Positions 61,770 to 64,000 of a stretch of DNA of 64,000 bases are shown here, piece after piece. The notes beneath the pieces are model-generated. The model ran no database searches, was not told the origin of the DNA, and saw only the letters and a list, made by a program, of their open reading frames with translations. The first letter of the stretch is position 1. Every line of letters begins with the position of its first letter. The translations under genes were made by a program, and so were the position numbers. Source of the DNA: Candidatus Bathyarchaeota archaeon (GTDB taxonomy: Archaea; Thermoproteota; Bathyarchaeia; Bathyarchaeales; Bathycorpusculaceae); contig CAVRFW010000006.1 in the NCBI GenBank assembly GCA_963720565.1, positions 15,521 through 79,520 on the forward strand, read 5' to 3'.

Positions 61770-62007
61770 CTAATTCCTTCTGTAGTTTTTGCAGTCGTAT
61801 TTGCTGCGAGAGGAGGATAGACATAACCATCGGTTCGAAGATTATTGGTTGAACGTTGTTGTTGCATGCATAAGCGTAGCTTCGGCCAGCTTCCATTAAC
61901 GCGTCAAATGCTTCTCGGTCTTTGTTCCGTAAGGCCTTTGCGAAGCCATCCCATCTTCGGATTTCATCGTCTAAAGCCAGGCGGTAAGATTTGATGGTTT
62001 CATCCAC
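61732..62007 (-). CDS. Small helical PolB2-associated protein
   Basis: SYRLALDDEIRRWDGFAKALRNKDREAFDALM; overlaps both the RadA-like gene and polB2. Confidence 0.75.
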   Translation of the reverse strand: MDETIKSYRLALDDEIRRWDGFAKALRNKDREAFDALMEAGRSYAYACNNNVQPIIFEPMVMSILLSQQIRLQKLQKELDAVKNTGSSRPC

Positions 62008-62731
62008 TATAATGTCCCTCTATGAAGGCTGTTAAGGGCAGGATTTCGGTAGGTAACTCGGCAGAGCCAAGCGTGAATGCAGGATGTTTCTCTAAAAATA
62101 TCTCTCTTTCGTATTTTGTCTGTTTAAAAGCCATGACTACATTTGCCCTTCCGTAAGTCAAAGTTTGAAGGTGCAGGTTGCGTTGGCTGTCTTGGTGGGG
62201 TGGGTAAGTGGCAACTACTATGACGTCTTGTTCTCGGGCGAAGTTCAATAGTCTAGTGGTGACTTGGCTGAAGATTCTTTTTGCTTCTTCGTCTTGCACA
62301 TCCTTGTCCAGAAACATGGCGGCTATGTCTGAAATTATTACGAGTTTTGCGTTGCAGCTTTTAACGGCGTCTTCGAGTTTCTGCAGTATAAGTGAAGTCA
62401 TTTGGTAAGCAGTGAAGGCTCTGGAGAGGTATATGCGGTCCAGGACTTGTTTTGGGTCAAGTTGGTGAAGCTTGGCTAACCGTGTTATCTGGTATAGTTT
62501 GAAGGTGTTTCCGCCGTCGATGAAGACTACGTTGCTTCCTAACCCGCCTAGTTGAGGTGGCAATTGAGCTCTTACACATAGAAGCGAAGATAAGGATAAT
62601 ACGGCGTCAGAACCATACAGGACTGCAAAGTCGCCTGTTCTAAATCCGGGAAACAGCTGATTTATGTTTCGCATGTTAAACGAAAGCAGATTTTTGCACG
62701 GCGCGGTCTTGAATAGTGTATTTTGGGACAT
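62000..62731 (-). CDS. RadA/Rad51-like protein with a degenerate Walker A
   Basis: QLPPQLGGLGSNVVFIDGGNTF, DRIYLSRAFTAYQ, LVIISD; the P-loop is replaced by LYGSDAV. Confidence 0.8.
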   Translation of the reverse strand: MSQNTLFKTAPCKNLLSFNMRNINQLFPGFRTGDFAVLYGSDAVLSLSSLLCVRAQLPPQLGGLGSNVVFIDGGNTFKLYQITRLAKLHQLDPKQVLDRIYLSRAFTAYQMTSLILQKLEDAVKSCNAKLVIISDIAAMFLDKDVQDEEAKRIFSQVTTRLLNFAREQDVIVVATYPPHQDSQRNLHLQTLTYGRANVVMAFKQTKYEREIFLEKHPAFTLGSAELPTEILPLTAFIEGHYSG

Positions 62732-63008
62732 GTCTCTCACTTCTCCCACTTAATGAATAATTAACAAAGATTGCCGAATCCCCTTTTTAGGCTGTCATTG
62801 AAACGACTCTCTGGTACCCGTGGGAGAGTACAGTGAAAGTGAAACATTCAAATGAAATTAATTCAACCAGTTTAGTTTTACGCTGGATGAATTGTTTTAC
62901 GTGATTGTCAGCGCAAACTCACTGAATTAGAATACCGTGTTTGAAGCAAACTTGTCTTTGATTTCGCAGTTGAAAAAAGAAAGGGGGATTGGGGAAGATT
63001 ACGACTGT

Positions 63009-63848
63009 TTATGCTTTTTCTTTGGACATTCTCTTTGCTAGGGCGTAGGCTATTGGGATCAGCATTATTGCCAAGGCTATTGCGAAAGCCCATGATATGT
63101 TAGCCACTATGTTTGTAACTCCTGGGAAGGTTGCGAATATTGCGCCTGCGCCGATTATGAGGAAGATGCTGTAGAGGACGAATTTTGCGTATCCTGCGAC
63201 TTCTCGGAATTCTGCGTGGTCATCGTTTATTGATTTTATCAGTCCGTCTGTTAGTGATATTCCTGCGCCGATTATTACGAAGCCGAGTATCAGCGGGTAT
63301 ATTGTGTCGCCTGATAATAACATAAGGTTTAGTGCGAGGAGCAGTATGAACGCTATCAAGCCGATTTGCAGGAGGCTCGTTAGCATGTCAGCGATTTCGG
63401 ATTTGGCTGCGGGGAAGATTGGCTTTATCATTTTTCCGATGAATGTTGCTAGGAGTTCAACGAAGACGGCGCCGAAGACAATGATGAGGATTCCGCCCAG
63501 AAGTCTCGGTAAGTAGTCTGCTATGCGTGTTAAGTATGTGCCGATTACGCCTCCAACGTTGAGAATGCCTATTGCCATGATTACTGCAAGGATTATTATG
63601 AAAGCCTTTACTATTCCGGCGATGAAGTCTGACATGTCTATGCCTGCTGACTTGAAAGATTTGCCTGCGACGGTTCCGTCAAATGCTTTTTCGATGCCGA
63701 GTTTCGTTACGATTTTGTTCACAGCTTTGCCGACTATTGTTCCGATGAAGTATCCGAGTAGAATCACGATGATTGCGGCGAGAATTGATGGTATTGCGTT
63801 GATTATGTCTCCAACCATGTTAGAGAGAACTTCGACTAAGTCTGCCAT
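63009..63848 (-). CDS. Multi-pass membrane protein with MscS-associated TM-helix repeats (CmpX-like)
   Basis: Repeats IPSILAAIIVILLG and YLPRLLGGILIIVFG; about 8 TM helices. Confidence 0.75.
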   Translation of the reverse strand: MADLVEVLSNMVGDIINAIPSILAAIIVILLGYFIGTIVGKAVNKIVTKLGIEKAFDGTVAGKSFKSAGIDMSDFIAGIVKAFIIILAVIMAIGILNVGGVIGTYLTRIADYLPRLLGGILIIVFGAVFVELLATFIGKMIKPIFPAAKSEIADMLTSLLQIGLIAFILLLALNLMLLSGDTIYPLILGFVIIGAGISLTDGLIKSINDDHAEFREVAGYAKFVLYSIFLIIGAGAIFATFPGVTNIVANISWAFAIALAIMLIPIAYALAKRMSKEKA

Positions 63849-64000
63849 GTTTTTCACTCGCATTTGTTATCTTAAGATATTTTATAAAAAACTTTCGTAG
63901 ATGTTGAAATGGGTCTGGCTAGAAATGGCCAGTGTTCGGCGAATTTCTTCTACGGAGTTTGTTGCAGAGAGCAACTTTGTTTCAGATGATAATTCCCAAG

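Noticed and set aside
615-63900. Many 60-170 aa ORFs antisense to or nested in identified genes
   Set aside because: They are shadows of well-supported genes and lack recognisable motifs.
1-64000. CRISPR arrays, rRNA genes, transposases, integrases, inteins
   Set aside because: None seen by eye; gene lengths leave no room for inteins and no regularly spaced repeats were found.

Overview
Archaeal chromosomal window, most likely Bathyarchaeia (TACK). This is inferred from an unsplit rpoB, a fused rpoA'/A'', L30e/L18e/Spt5/RpoD/RpoN, large secreted PQQ-propeller and CARDB proteins, and anaerobic POR and rubrerythrin genes. Most of the window is housekeeping: RNA polymerase and ribosomal protein clusters, porGDAB, mre11-rad50, lig, eno, argF, dtdA and three tRNAs, one of them (Leu-CAA) with two BHB introns. 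Three loci stand out. (1) A translationally coupled operon at 71-3449 encodes a short, apparently hinge-less Smc5/6-type ATPase, a ScpA-like kleisin and an Nse1/Nse3-like KITE protein. (2) A redox cluster at 20301-25357 joins BzdP/BzdQ-like ATP-dependent activator subunits and a BzdM-like ferredoxin to a single Cys-rich, double-cubane-like dehydratase/reductase-family protein, a NapH-type membrane polyferredoxin and a DsbD/TauE-like membrane protein. (3) A RadA-like/small protein/PolB2 cassette lies at 59465-62731. Five genes, two of them essential, are each broken by exactly one extra base, most likely a consensus artefact. I also found several small ORFs missed by the ORF track, two probable non-canonical start codons and several structured intergenic segments. 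I saw no CRISPR array, rRNA, integrase or transposase. All family assignments come from motif recognition by eye, not database searches.
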